Assembly (NCBI GenBank): GCA_002633005.1
Contig: NMRA01000094.1
Location: 460,597 to 524,596, forward strand
Direction of reading: 5' to 3'
Length of the DNA stretch: 64,000 bases
From: Phoronis australis
Taxonomy: Eukaryota; Animalia; Phoronida
The notes under the pieces are model-generated. The model had not been told where the DNA came from, searched no databases, and worked only from the letters and a program-made list of their open reading frames with translations. Of this stretch, positions 12,289 through 25,600 are shown in pieces (the first letter of the stretch is position 1; every line of letters starts with the position of its first letter). Made by a program: the position numbers and the translations under genes.

Positions 12289-15200
12289 CAAAACAAACAA
12301 ACAAACAACAACAAACAAAATGTTTATTTCAAAACTCATGAGCCACTGGAGCACAGTTCAACATATTAAAATACAAACAGTATAATCTCGCCAATTCATC
12401 ATATACTCATAATTTCCATCCTAATTGCAATTGCTTGTTGAATGAAGGATGCAGTATTTCTTAAAACATACATGCAATGTGAACCCAAGGGTGCCTTAAT
12501 GTTTTTACATCTAACAATACATTGTAGTAACAGATATCTTCGAAGATCTGCAAGCACAGGACAATCAAATAAAAAGTGTATCTCTGTTTCAATTTCATCG
12601 GCGTTTCTAACTTTACAAATTCTTTCTGGAAGAGGTAAATTGTTTTTTCTACCCAACTCAATCATAAAATGATGCGTCGAACACCTCACATTTCACATTT
12701 CTATTGCAAATACTTTTTACATATTAATTCAAATTTAATTGAACGATAAAAATTACATTTATCCGTTTTTTCAAGAGAAGACGACCACAATTAAAAAAGA
12801 TTCATATCCCTAAGTCTTTGCTTAAAAGAAACTGAAAATTTCATTTCATCACCAACACCTTGTTGCAACGAAACACAGCCAAGCCCAGTTGTGAATAATA
12901 CATTTTTCTACTGTGATACACCAGCCCTTTTGGCCTCTCAAATCGGTTTCACGCAGCATTATGTAACATTGTCTTGACAATCTATCGTCATTCATTTTCA
13001 ACAATTTCAAATAGTACTTAATAGGTTTGCGTATATATGTCACAAACAAATCAAAACGTAAACATTCACCTTTTTCAATAACGTTGTATTGATACCTACG
13101 CATAACAATCATTTACAAAACGCAAGCTGAACACTTTCTATTTCCTTTCTGTGGGCCGTACCCCACAATTCTGCACTATAAAACAGAATAGGTGCCACCA
13201 TAGGGTCAAATGATTTAAATGATATTTTTACATTTCTACTTGGTCCCATTTTGTATAAATAAGACTTGACTAAATTAAGGGCTTTACTTGCCTGTTGAGC
13301 AAGTGTTTTGCAAAACATCATCCAACTCAGCCTGCACAAGAAAACAATTCCTAGGTATTTATAATAGCTGCATGAATTTAACGTAGCTCCATTATAGAAC
13401 CATTTTTCATTATTTTTCAGTGTCCCACCTTTTTAAGCACCGCTATATTTGATTTATCGACATTCATAGACATGTTCCATTTTAAACAAAAAAAATCCAA
13501 TGAATCAAGTTTTCTCTGAAGTTGCACTACATTGTCACCAACAAAGGTGACATCATCTGCAAAAAGTAACAAGAAAAGATTTGCTATATCTTGGTTTACT
13601 GGTATGCCACTGTTTCTACAAGTCTGTACTTCAGTTGCTAGTTCATTAACATACAATGAAAATAACATAGGGCTAATCACACAGTCTGTTATGCATTTAA
13701 ACGCATGCTCAATTATTCCTAAGTCACAATTAATTTTTGATTTAACATTTGAATACATGTCTTGTAACACATTAAAAGTAGAACCTAAGACGCCTTTCAA
13801 TATTTAGATGTAAAAAAGTTCATCCCTATTTATAGAATCGAAAGCTTTACTGAAGTCAATAAATGCACAATAAAATGGCTTGAATTTACGCTTCAACAAG
13901 TATTTTTGCATCAAGCCGTTGAGAATAAAAATGTTATCCACGGTTGGGTGGTATTTTCTGACCCCGGCTTGTTTTTCAGCTACGAAAGCATTTTCGTCAA
14001 CCCAGGAAGTCAACCGTTTATTCAGAACTGAAGTCAAGACTTTACTGATCTGACAACGTTCAATGACCCTATAGTTGGTGGGATCAGATTCATCACATTT
14101 TTTGAATAATGGTAGTGTTATGCCGGTAGCCTACTTTTCTGGGAATTTCCCGGTATGCAAAAATTTATTAAATAAATTACAATGAAAGCAATTTGTTAAT
14201 TTTATTAATTGAAAACTTTAAAAATTCAACCGTAATTCCGACCTCCCCGGGGGATTTTCCATTTTGCATATCATTAATTGCTACCACAATTTCTTCTTCC
14301 GTAATGTCTCCAATCATTGCATTATTGTTGTCAAATCCGAACTGATTTGCAGTCCCCCGTCTGCTGAGCGTGTTCGACACTACTTCGTCGAATTCAACAT
14401 CACAGTTTTGTTGTACTATATTTAAAATAGACCTGAAATGTTGTACCCATTGTCTGCCAGTAATATTCTTGTTTACAGAGGTCTTTCTAGACCTCTAGAA
14501 TTTTGGCATCATTCGACTCACACACCTTTAAAATTAATTTAATACTTTTCTTTATTCTTATTACTTTTCTTCAGTTTGCATAACCTCTTCAACTCATTTT
14601 TAATGCAAACATATTCGCTTAGTATATCATCATTTCTGGTACGACGAAAAAGTTTAAGAAGACCATTTTTCAGTGTCAAACCATGTGTTTAGTTCTTTTA
14701 CGTCTTTACTCATCTTTTTACCATAGATGTATTTACCGAAACATCACTGAATAACCGTTCAAATTCCGTTATAGCCAAGTCTACATGGTTTACTATTTTG
14801 ATTATTATATGATTAACTCGTGAGTCAAAGTAGTCGCTTGTAACATATTTGATAAATTTTGCTTTTTGTGACCAGACACATTGAGGTGGTGGTTCGTAAT
14901 TTACTTCATCTGCTTCAACGATTTAACCATTTAACTCTAATTCACACCGTGTTGGGAAATGTTTTCCATGATCTAGACCTGTTACTTCAAATAGTGATAT
15001 ATCGTAGAAGATCCCTTTGTCTTCTAAAATGTAGCCTATTGTGCTTTTACCATTGTTCGTTAGATATGTATATTCACCCGCAACATCTGGGGCGTTTCTC
15101 CTGCTTAATATGAAACAAGGTTATCGACAATTCACTAAGTCCTTAGATATGTATATTCACCCGCAACATCTGGGGCGTTTCTCCTGCTTAATATGAAACA

Positions 15201-15600
15201 AGGTTATCGACAATTCACTAAGTCCTTAGATATGTATATTCACCCGCAACATCTGGGGCGTTTCTCCTGCTTAATATAAAACAAGGTTATCAACAATTCA
15301 CTAAGTCCTTAGATATGTATATTCACCCGCAACATCTGGGGCGTTTCTCTTGTTTAATATAAAACAAGGTTATCAACAATTCACTAAGTCCTTAGATATG
15401 TATATTCACCCGCAACATTTGGGGCGTTTCTCCTGCTTAATATATAACAAGGTTATCAACAATTCACTAAGTCTTTATTAAAATTGTTGACTTTGGGATC
15501 CCTATTTCGTATTTTATCTTCAATAACTATTTTATCTTCTTCTTGATAATGCAAATCTATATTCGTGTTATTACCAGTACCAGTAAGTAAATCATCCAGC
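12289..15600 (-). mobile_element. Decayed 5'-truncated LINE (RTE-X-like ORF2: APE endonuclease end, RT, C-terminal Cys/His motif)
   Basis: - strand ORF fragments: AGEYTYLTNNGKSTIGY (endonuclease), NGKSPGEVGITVEF, QAGVRK..TVDNIFIL, AFIDFSKAFDSINR, SPMLFSLYVNEL, LLLFADD (RT), RCSTHHFMIELGR..ERICK..ETEIHFLFDCP. AATAAA (12323..12328, - strand) then a (TTTG/TTG)n tail. Many stops and frameshifts; 5' boundary approximate. Confidence 0.9.
15060..15474. repeat. 83-bp tandem repeat x5 inside the LINE endonuclease region
   Basis: tagat anchors at 15061, 15144, 15227, 15310 and 15393; copies nearly identical. Confidence 0.95.
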
Positions 15601-16619
15601 GAAAAAGAAACGTGTGCCCGTCGAGTCAAGCTGAATTTGTTAATGATTTTACATCACAAAGTGCGTTGGATAATGTCTGATTAGGCTATTTTTGAACACT
15701 GATTAATGTATACCAGTGTTTTCGATGACTTCCAATAAAAAATACTTTCCCATTTTGTGATTGTAATTTGTAAAGGATAAAACGAGGAGAGAATTTGTGC
15801 TGATACGTCACCAGTTTTCCACTGAAAAATTTTATTTTGGTCACAAAAGGGCACTACGATGGATTGTAAAGAAAGTTAATCGTAAGACCCGGAAAACGCT
15901 CCAGCCGAGCATGCGCACTCCAAGGGCTAATGGCGGCTTTGTTTTGAGAAGTATTGTAAATTTTGCCCAAGTGGCAACTGACGCCTTTTTACGCCGTATA
16001 ACCATTAGGCGAGCCTCCGTAAATGCACTGAATACTATGTTACGTGCCTAGAGTAACGCGGAGTTTGAAATTCACTAGGTGGCTTAGTATAAGATGTTAG
16101 ATGGTCGAGAGAAACAACTATAGTATGTTATACGACTTCCGATAGGCAAGAAGGCAACATCTATCGCTAATAAGTGAACTCGTGATAGTAATACAACACC
16201 CCGTCCTTCTAGAACTAATGCACGTGGACCTCCTGTATTCAACTACAGAAGCTATGTAATAGCAAAGCAAAACCTTTTAGGCAATGCGCAATTTAAATCT
16301 TTAATTCTTTATGATTACGTCTGGATAAGAAGAATAATTCAGTGTTCAATTCAACTACATGATATAGTCTAAATTCTTAAAGTTCTAATAGTTGTCTACT
16401 ACAGCTGAACAAATTTCCCTCTAGTGCAAAAAAAAAAACAATATAACTCCTTCCCTAGTAGAGATAAGCCAATAACTCCTTGTTTTTACACCGAAACAAC
16501 TCGGTAGTAATTAATTCTCTAGCGAACACACTACAAAACGCGTTTATACATTATTGCGTAAATTCAAAAGTGCATATGGTACCCAGGATCATAATCCATT
16601 AGGATTTAAAGTTCAGCAT

Positions 16620-17815
16620 ATTGCACAACGCATCTGCTAAGTCGTCCAGACCTTGTCACATAAGGCTCGTATTTGGTACGTTTCTCCATATCACCAGTTC
16701 CCGAAGAGGTCGCATTGTTACAAAATTTGTTTCGACATAAATGTGGCTGATCGTCAATTGCAACTTAGTAGGATTTGACTCGGGATGTACACTTGTTACC
16801 CCAGAAGGTTGCCATGTGCTGATTGGAAAATGACGTGCCGTAATAGGTTGACCGACATGTAATGTTGGCAGATGCTTTACACGTATGGTAGTGGTACTCA
16901 GCCATATTCTTCTGCAGCAGACGTTCGTGCTAGTCAAAATAAACCTAGGTGCAGATAACATATGAACGGTAACTCGGTAAAGGCGAGCAGATGGGTCTAC
17001 CGAATAACACTTCAGCCGGTGATGGGAGCTGAGAACCAAGTGGATCTGTATTCAAAGACAACAGCGAGTTTGAGAAGTTTTGACCAGACTTGAGGCATTT
17101 CTTCATGGACATTTTACTGTCTTGACGGCTCATTCGCCGAATTCATTTGATCTTGGTTTCCCGGATAAAATCTTGTGCTGAGCACCAAGACCCTGACTCA
17201 TCGTTGCATAAGGACTGCTAGTGAGCCATTTTCAGTAACTCTCTCTCGGTGACAGAAGTGATATAGCCGGGTGACAACTTTTCTCCAATCTGTGGTTGAT
17301 TGGAGACAATCGCCAGAAAACTGATATCTTCTTATTCAAAGATGTCTTGTGCTAACTTTGTCCAAGGCAAAGATCGTAGGCCTACTTTTGACGGACAGGC
17401 GGTTTTCGCAAGTTTCTGTCACTGAATTCTTCACAGATCATGCACGTCCTTGTCATCTTCGCGATGCTTTCTGTTCTCTTTGGCCACTATACGCGCTCTC
17501 TGGCGAGTCGAAATGGACTTCCAACACTCTGATGGACAATGTGTCACGAGTGTCTTGTCGCAGAGACAAACACCGAGCTCGTAATGGAATTTCCAGAGGA
17601 ATCCAATGTATCAGTAGCTGTAAGATTGTTTCAGGTCTATTAAAAATGTACAAAGCACACACAGTTGGATCTTTGTGGAATTCGTTTCGCAATGCTTCAC
17701 ATTTCTGAGTGCCGAATTTCACCAGGCTAACGCTGAAGCCGTCAACAGAAACGCCCAAAGGGACATCGTTATGCTTCGCTGAATTGGGAAGGCGGCTGAG
17801 GACGTCATATAGAGT
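16620..17815 (-). mobile_element. Highly degraded Gypsy pol fragment (RNase H end to integrase C-terminus)
   Basis: - strand motifs: DVLSRLPN (~17790), PRSNEFGE (cf. PRSNGxAER, ~17150), LLSLNTDPLGSQLPSPAEVLFGRPICSPLP. Boundaries approximate; may extend toward 18790. Confidence 0.6.
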
Positions 17816-18387
17816 TCACTAAGTAGTGGTTGTCAACTAACAGATTGTCAACATTAAAGTCGATATTCACTTGTTCTGTTGTATAGATATACACCAGCTC
17901 TTATACATTCATGTAATCACGTGGAACCCTGAAGTGAGATATATTGTCGCACTTGACATTTGTTTCATTTTTGTCTCTCGGGCGACAATACAAGCCGAGT
18001 GCGACAATATATGATGTCAACATCGATACACGTTGTCGCTCGGGAGACATTATTTTCACTGCATAATCCGTCGCACCTGACACATGCGCCCGCTGTGCGA
18101 CAGTGTGTGACGAGTGCGGCAAAATGTCACAACAAATCCTATTTATGTCTATGAGCGCCCCAATGATAGTGAACCTGTTTTCTGTTTTCAATCTAGCCAG
18201 ATAATAAAAAGTGGGCCTTATTTTTATTGTCATTATCTAATGCTAGAACAACAAGATTTCATTCATTTACTTCTTATCTAGATGCAGTCCGATGTTCTCC
18301 ACATGAGGCATTTTCAGACGAAAAAAGCATGACGTCATCTTGGGATATAGGGCATCGAAAGTAATGACAAGGCGCCATTTTATGCTT

Positions 18388-18459
18388 TTGATAACTGGGC
18401 CTCACCTCCGTTGATAACTGGGCTTCACCTCGTTTGATAACTGGGCTTCACCTCGTTTG
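18388..18459. repeat. 23-bp tandem repeat x3
   Basis: ttgataactgggcttcacctcgt; gataa at 18390, 18413 and 18436. Confidence 0.9.
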
Positions 18460-18791
18460 CTTTCCTCTCTCGTAAACGGTCTCTTTAGAAAAGTATTTTT
18501 GAGCGAACTCACGAAATGTCAAAGATTTCCATGACATGTAGTTTTTGGTGAGCTGACTCGCGGAAGAAGGGGACGCTTTACTTGGTGACTGAGTTTTCCT
18601 CTCATCAGCTATAATGTGAATTTTAATACGCCTCTGTTCTCAAGAATAGACTCGTAGTCAGAGATGTTCAGCTATTAATTACAGACAATCAAGGCGCGGG
18701 ACATGTAAACACTTCGATCATTCTCCAGTTTGTCCAACAAAAATTCGTTGCTAGCGAAAGCCGAAAAATGACTTTTTGTAATGAGCATTGG

Positions 18792-20753
18792 CAGACCCGT
18801 AGCCAGGGGGGGGGTTCGGAAAAGGTCCAGCCCTAGCCTATGATCTGTTAAAGATAGGATACATATTGACAACAACAATAACAAAATTTGTTTTAACTGC
18901 TAGTACTACTAACCACAGTTATGATAACCAAGTTAATAATAATTTGCTTTTGATTCAAAGCGCTTCACATAATCATCGGGCCGTACCCGGCCAACTTCGC
19001 CCAAGTAGTGTTTGCGTAGATGACAGAACCGTGCAGACGATTAGAGAAGGCTTTATGTTACTCATCGACAGTGTACGCGCTTGGTGGCCGCAGCAAACGA
19101 TAACAAGGGAGTCTAGCAGTAAATGTCTATGCCTAACTGAGCTATACGTAGCAGCGAGGGAGCTCCCAAACTTAGTGCGATGTGAATGCCTTAAATCGAC
19201 CAAGAAAGCAAACATCATTTCGGTGTACTTGTTCTCATAGTATGATAAAGTGCAGGCATTTTCAACTTTCAAATAGAGAGTGATTGTCACATAAGTTGTT
19301 CATCCAGTGTCCACTTTAACTGTGGATAGGCAGTCCTTCGTCATCTAGCTACCGTGTTTCATTGCACTGAGAAATGTTCACATTATTTGGGAAAAATAGG
19401 TCTAGACTTGGTTAAACATTTTAATCAATGAACAAAGTCTTCTCTTGTCATTCAGTGACAATGGTGCACAGCCTCGCAGACTTCATATGAGCAACAAACG
19501 TGATGGAAAAGATTTCTAAGGTTAGATGTCACCTTTCCGAAGTTTCACTACTCCGAAGGTTCGCTACCGTTGAAAGTTCACTAATTCGAATGTCCACAAT
19601 TCCGAAACCAGAACTCCGACAATTCATTTTTCTGATTGCTTGCTAATGAGTCGGAACTGACAAGAATAGAGTATTGTATTTGTTTGCAGCTAGTCGTCAT
19701 TTGAAGGGTGTGCAGGAGTTGTAAAGTTCTTAATACATTGATTACATTGTTTACAAATGAGCTCAGTTCCAATCACTGACAATCGTAAATCTTGAATCTA
19801 ACTAAAGATTCCTTCTCAAGCAGGGACAAAATCTGGGGCAAGGGTCAGGGCTGCGGCGATAGATGGCGTTTTAAAATTTAAGAAGACTTAATGGGACTGC
19901 CTGATTTTGTGAAGACTGGTAGAGACATGGTAGCCTACTAACTACATTTAGTTTCCACCCGACCGTGCGCATGGCTCCGCTGCCGGGTGAGGTTTAGGCA
20001 CAACGGTGATAAACTTTTAAGTCGCGCTGTGAAATGATGTGATCTTGACATGGATTTAATGAATGTATCTTGGTTGAGAATCCATCAATATTTCTACTTC
20101 ATATTCTTTTAGAAATGTAAGTACGTACTCATTTTCCGTTGTCGTAAGACATGCAGGTAATTTTGCATGCGCGTAAAATCCAAACAAAGTGTTTTGTTAT
20201 TAGGTAAACCATTCAGTGCTATGACCGAAGTGTCGTTTATTTTCGTATGTAAAAGAAAAACATGAGTCCGAATTTTTTTAGATATTTTCGGAGTAGTGAG
20301 CCTTCGGAGTAGTGAACTTTCGGATCGTGAACCTACGGAAAAGTGGGCTGTTCCCATTTCCAGTGATGTAAACTACTTAAGTAACACGCAAAATACTAAA
20401 TATTTCCGTCCGAGTATGTAATGAGGTGTAGGCATAATCTCTCAATTAAGCACGTCTGATTTGAAAGTTTGGCTGGACTGGGTAACGCGAGAACGTTCTC
20501 TTTCTGGAAATTGCCGTCCCTTTCTTTGCGAGCAACCGTAAAGGTGTCCTCATTTCTGGTATAAGAATTCCGTTTTATCTCAGGAACACAGAGCTATAAG
20601 AGTCATCGTTGTGTGATACAGATTTCCCTTTCCCTAATTAAGCTGCGTCATGGGCCTCACCGAAAACTCTACAATATCGACGTTTGCAAAATATGAAAGG
20701 TCCACCGTTCTAGGAATTCGAACCACCCCCGCGCAATGCTGGCTACGGGCCTG
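18792..20753. mobile_element. ~2-kb non-autonomous TIR element with a probable 5-bp TSD (hAT-like)
   Basis: Left cagacccgtagccagg; right reverse complement caggcccgtagccagc. Flanks attgg / attgc. aaaggtcca occurs near both ends. Confidence 0.55.
19530..20350. mobile_element. Foldback/MITE-like element with inverted arrays of short subterminal repeats, nested in 18792..20753
   Basis: Left (ccgaaggttcactact)-type units at 19537..19590; their reverse complements (ttcggagtagtgaac) at 20287..20340. Confidence 0.55.
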
Positions 20754-21095
20754 ATTGCGATGCTTACAATTGGTGTCCAGATTAATGATTTAAGGAATAT
20801 GAACAAGGAAGTTTGTTTACGAGACATACAAATATGTGGTAGACCTCATGATCAGCTGAATACACACTCGGAATATATGTTAGAATAAACATACCTTGAG
20901 CGAAATAAATTCAACTTTATATCACTAAACTATTTCATTTTCTTTACTGTCGTCTGATCTGAATTATGTTTGCAATTAATTACGTGGAACACATGTGGGT
21001 AACAGCTTATGTTTTAGTTACTGAAATGTGTGACCTTGCCGACAACTCAAGATTCCTGTATTCCTTTTCCCAACGTCATACCACCAGTGGGAATC

Positions 21096-21202
<107 letters not shown>

Positions 21203-22083
21203 ATATAAATTTTTACTATCACCAGGTAAGTACACTTAAAATACTGTCATAGAGTTGGATTTAGGTCAACCAGCAGGGAGTTTGACTCCGACTACGGTGC
21301 TTGCAGGTTCCATTCCGCGCTGGGTCTGATTTCAGAGAATCACTTTCCACCCGTAACATCACGGTGTAAAACAAATACAATAATCCTATTCGACGTTACG
21401 GTGATACACGTGTATAACATTAGTAACATGTCTGTGTATTTAGCCAAGCGTTTGCAAAACTATAGATTTTAACTCGGTGAAAGTATTCTAAAGGTAAAAA
21501 GCCTGTAAGATTTGATTTTTAATTTTTCACCAACCTGGTATTAATTGGGTCATTTGACCGTGTCTTTTTAGTCATATTTAGTAAAAACAAAGGAACGTTG
21601 ATAGCACAACTACAAGATGATCAGATTTCAAGGTGTCCTTTTCGATAGCCCTTCATGCAAAGTGGAACATGGCAGTTTAAAAGCAAAGCAATTTCTACCA
21701 GCGTTTTGGAGAACACTCGTAAAACTTACTGAAAAGATTCGTCAGTCCTGTATACACATGAGAAGCAAAATTCTGTAGCCTTAGGCGAAACCTTGTTAAC
21801 GTCTTCGAACTCTATGGTTTGACGATTCTCAAAATGATGAGTGTCGAGTACCCAGATGTTATGTAAAGTATAGTATTTGAAAGGTTTTTATGAAAGCAAT
21901 CAGCCGTTTCTGAGATATGATGTTCCGAATTTATCCAAATTTAGACATTTTTCTAGGGTCTTCATGATCTATGAATAGTATCAAAAATTGTTATCGTGGA
22001 TATTCCTCTGTGGCCCTTTCTGAACGTACTTTCGTGGGCTAAACGTTTCGGTGAAGTATCATCAGGACCTTATCAAACAGAGT

Positions 22084-22138
<55 letters not shown>
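22084..22138. repeat. (GTT)n microsatellite, ~18 units
   Basis: Perfect TTG run. Confidence 0.98.
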
Positions 22139-22606
22139 ATTTCGCTTGCAAGGGACTTCCGCCATTTTTTGCTTTTTGCTTGTGGGACTTTGCAACCGTA
22201 GGCCAGCTGTAACTGCGGTGGGCGTGGCTTAGATGCGTTTGTGGGAGCTATCCATAATTTTGAGAGGTACTACTTGTCTGTGGTTGTCATTGGACGTTGC
22301 ACACAGGTAGTTTCTTCATTGCAAATAACGAAAAATTCCGGTGATCGCCCTTCCATTTTTGTCGCTCTAACCGAAAACCGTGATTCACCTGACCACTTTA
22401 AATGGCCATTTTGCTAAAACATAGACGAATTCCCGAGTGGCGACAGTCGGTATTCTCCGTGTTAATTCGTAAGCATTTAGCGACTGCTTGCATGCAATGG
22501 GACATGTTAATAAATTAGCATAGCGTAGCTGTTTGCAGTTGCTTGTTTTAGTTACGCCATTTGCAATTACTAAACTAACATGATTTTGACCGAACCCTAA
22601 TTTTTG

Positions 22607-22642
22607 GTCCAAATATCAAAACCCGGGTTTTGATATTTGGAC
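22607..22642. repeat. Perfect 36-bp palindrome
   Basis: gtccaaatatcaaaaccc|gggttttgatatttggac with no spacer. Confidence 0.95.
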
Positions 22643-25600
22643 GTACAGGGTTATGTTACGTGACAAGCAAAAAACGTAAAATAGGCAGACAACGTAAAAT
22701 AGGCAGACAATATAGATTGGAGGCATTGATGACCTTTAAAGACCTTATCTCGAGGGCTACTCTAGTTCAAACATTTTAAAACATAAAACAGATTAAATGC
22801 TATGTTACCTGCTATAACGTTTTCCTCTTTTCTGTTATCAAACTACAAGTCGTTTTTAATACAGTTTTGTAGCATTGACTTTTCTTGTGGCCCGAGTTCT
22901 CTGTAGATCTGTTCAGGAACGTTTCCTGAATGACAGCCTCGTTATCTTTGAAAACGTTTTGATGCCACTCGCCTAGTGAGCGTAAAACAGTTTTTATTTT
23001 GTCTGGTTGTATTTGATTCACATTTTGGTTTTTATTATATAAATGGATTTGTTTATTGTCCAAATAATAAGCCATTTGTCGACAGTGTGAAACCAGATCC
23101 AAAATATAAAGCAGTTGCCGCGGCTACTGACAGTGCGCTCTATAAGTTCGTTCGCTTGGCAGCAAACCGATATCAGATTTGTTGTCTGTTAAAAATGTAA
23201 GCAATGAAAACAGCCACGCACGTTGATTTTACCTCAAAAACTCACGAACTCAAAACAGTGCACTTCTCACATGTAATAATCCGTATCTGTGCTAGACATT
23301 TATTGCCCGGTCACCACAACCACACGGAGTCTCTGAGAGTTCCCATCAATTACATCCCTGAAAAAATATCACCTGCCAGAGTGGTTTAAAATTTCACTTA
23401 GTGGAAAAATCCAAGTGAAAAAGTTCAAAATCGTTATTCACTGTTGTCGAAGAATAAAGATCTATAGTGAATTAATCGAAAACGCGAGCCGGTCAAAAGA
23501 TGATTCTTAATGGGTAAGAATGTAGTTAACTGTATTTTATTAGCTGAATGTCTGGGATCGGAAACTATTCTAGTCTCAGCAGCATGACGTGTTCTCATTC
23601 GGGGTTCCTGTAGTTGACTATACTAACCCATCTGGCGTAATAATAAGTTTTCCTTACATTTTAAATCTCGTTAAACCATATCATTCACCGTGATATAAAG
23701 TATTCTTTCCGAAGTTAATTCACCAGTAGCTGGACTCTAATAACAAGACCGTCACTGACCGTATTGTTGCTAGCTAATTCAGTCAAAGTGACAGGAGGCT
23801 CCGGTGGAAAATTAGAAATTTATTTTCTAAGTACCAATTGTATAAAAATTTCAGGATTTTATGTCTCCACTTTATAAGAATTCGCTTGGCATGACGACCG
23901 GCAATAATGGATCATCATCATGTCAATATTTTCACCTATTGTCTGAACATTCCTAATATATAGTAATTTTACTTAATTTTCTGATATTTCATGTTCGTTT
24001 TTAAGTATATGTTTGTGGAAGTTTTAATTTATCTCTGTCAAGCACACTTAGCACAACCGAATAGACGACCTTGTTACGATTCATTCCAGGCTGAATCTCA
24101 CTTCCGTCTTCGCTGTAAATCTAAAATAGCAGAGTATCACCCGACTCCAGATGCTGCCAAGTGGAGATTTTTACGGGTTTTTTTGTCGCCTACGGATTTC
24201 GTTCGGATGCCCCGTAGTCACTAATGGCTTTTTAACACCCTAATAAGTGTTGAAATTACGTGCAACTAGGTCTTTAAAATGTTTTGAAAGGCCTTTCAGC
24301 TTTCGGTCGCACCAATGGTTGTTGAATTTACAAGCTTCTGCGCCTTGGTTGGCTGAAATTAGTAGCTTGATTGACATATCGGAGCTGACGCCCCCTGTTG
24401 GCATCTCTGGATTTACATTACTGATCACTAGATAAATAATATTCTCACATCAACACAAAAAGGTTCTCAATTTGTGACAGTGTTCGGTCTCCTACAGCAA
24501 CTATGTATATTCAAAATCTTCAACATACCTGTCTCTTATCTCGTCTAGCGTCCCCGTTGCTAACTTCTCTACGAACGTATTTTGTAAATATCGTTCGTGG
24601 AGCGCAATGCAATTCCTTTGTGATACATTAATTTCCCCCACTCGACTTGCCATTAGGAAGTACATTGACATAAAGACACGTTTGCAGCGCACGTCTGTCG
24701 CCAAAGACACTTATTTAATGTAGCATTTAGTCGGTTTGACATCATTCTTATTTCTGTCATGTAACAACATGAAGATAAAAGTAAGCTACGTGATTAGATT
24801 GTACATTGCAGCCAAGGTTGATAAAAATAAAATTAAAAAACAGATTTCAACATAGCGTATCACACATACTTGATGAGACTGTTATTCATTATAAATCAAG
24901 AGTGCAATGAGTTATCTATTGCGTAATCATCAATGGTTCTCGTGGCAACAAGAACTACAGCGAAAATGACGTTCGTAGCAATAATAGCCGATGTTAGTGC
25001 TGATAATTAAAGACGATCACAATCGAAATGAGACGGCGTTGGTTTTGTTTGGAACTTATATTGCATTTGAGAAACGTATGTTGTTAAAATGAACGTCGGC
25101 AAACAATTAATTGTTATTTTATGTGATATAAAAATAGTTAACATCACTCATCAAGACCAAAGTTCTAGTATACTCTGCTTAGTGCATCTCAATTCATGCT
25201 ACGGATGGGAACACTTGTACAAGTATTTTCTTTGCAACTATGAACATCAAACTGACAGGCTTTCAATAACGTAAAGACATGAGCCATGCACGTGTAAAGA
25301 AGGATCTTGAGTGACGTCTTGACTACACGAATATTGATGTGAGCTTCTGAGTCCTCATCTCGTGTCAACAACCGGTCCATCGGACACATTCCCTTAAGGA
25401 CAACAGAACGGACGGTGAAGGCGAACAAAACTCGAGTAAAATCGGATAATTACACTTTATAAGTTGTTTAAATTAATTCAAGTTTACTCACTTTTGCCAA
25501 AATTTAAGCTTAAGTGTTGCAAATTTAGGAAGTCGATCAATGTTTTTTAATTAAAACTATACATCAGGTAAAGCAGGTCTAAATGTTCAGTGAAACGAAA

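Noticed and set aside
19290-19325. KVDTG on the - strand as a retroviral protease motif extending the 16.6-17.8 kb Gypsy fragment
   Set aside because: Followed immediately by a stop and located inside a separate TIR element (18792..20753); a 5-residue match is not enough.
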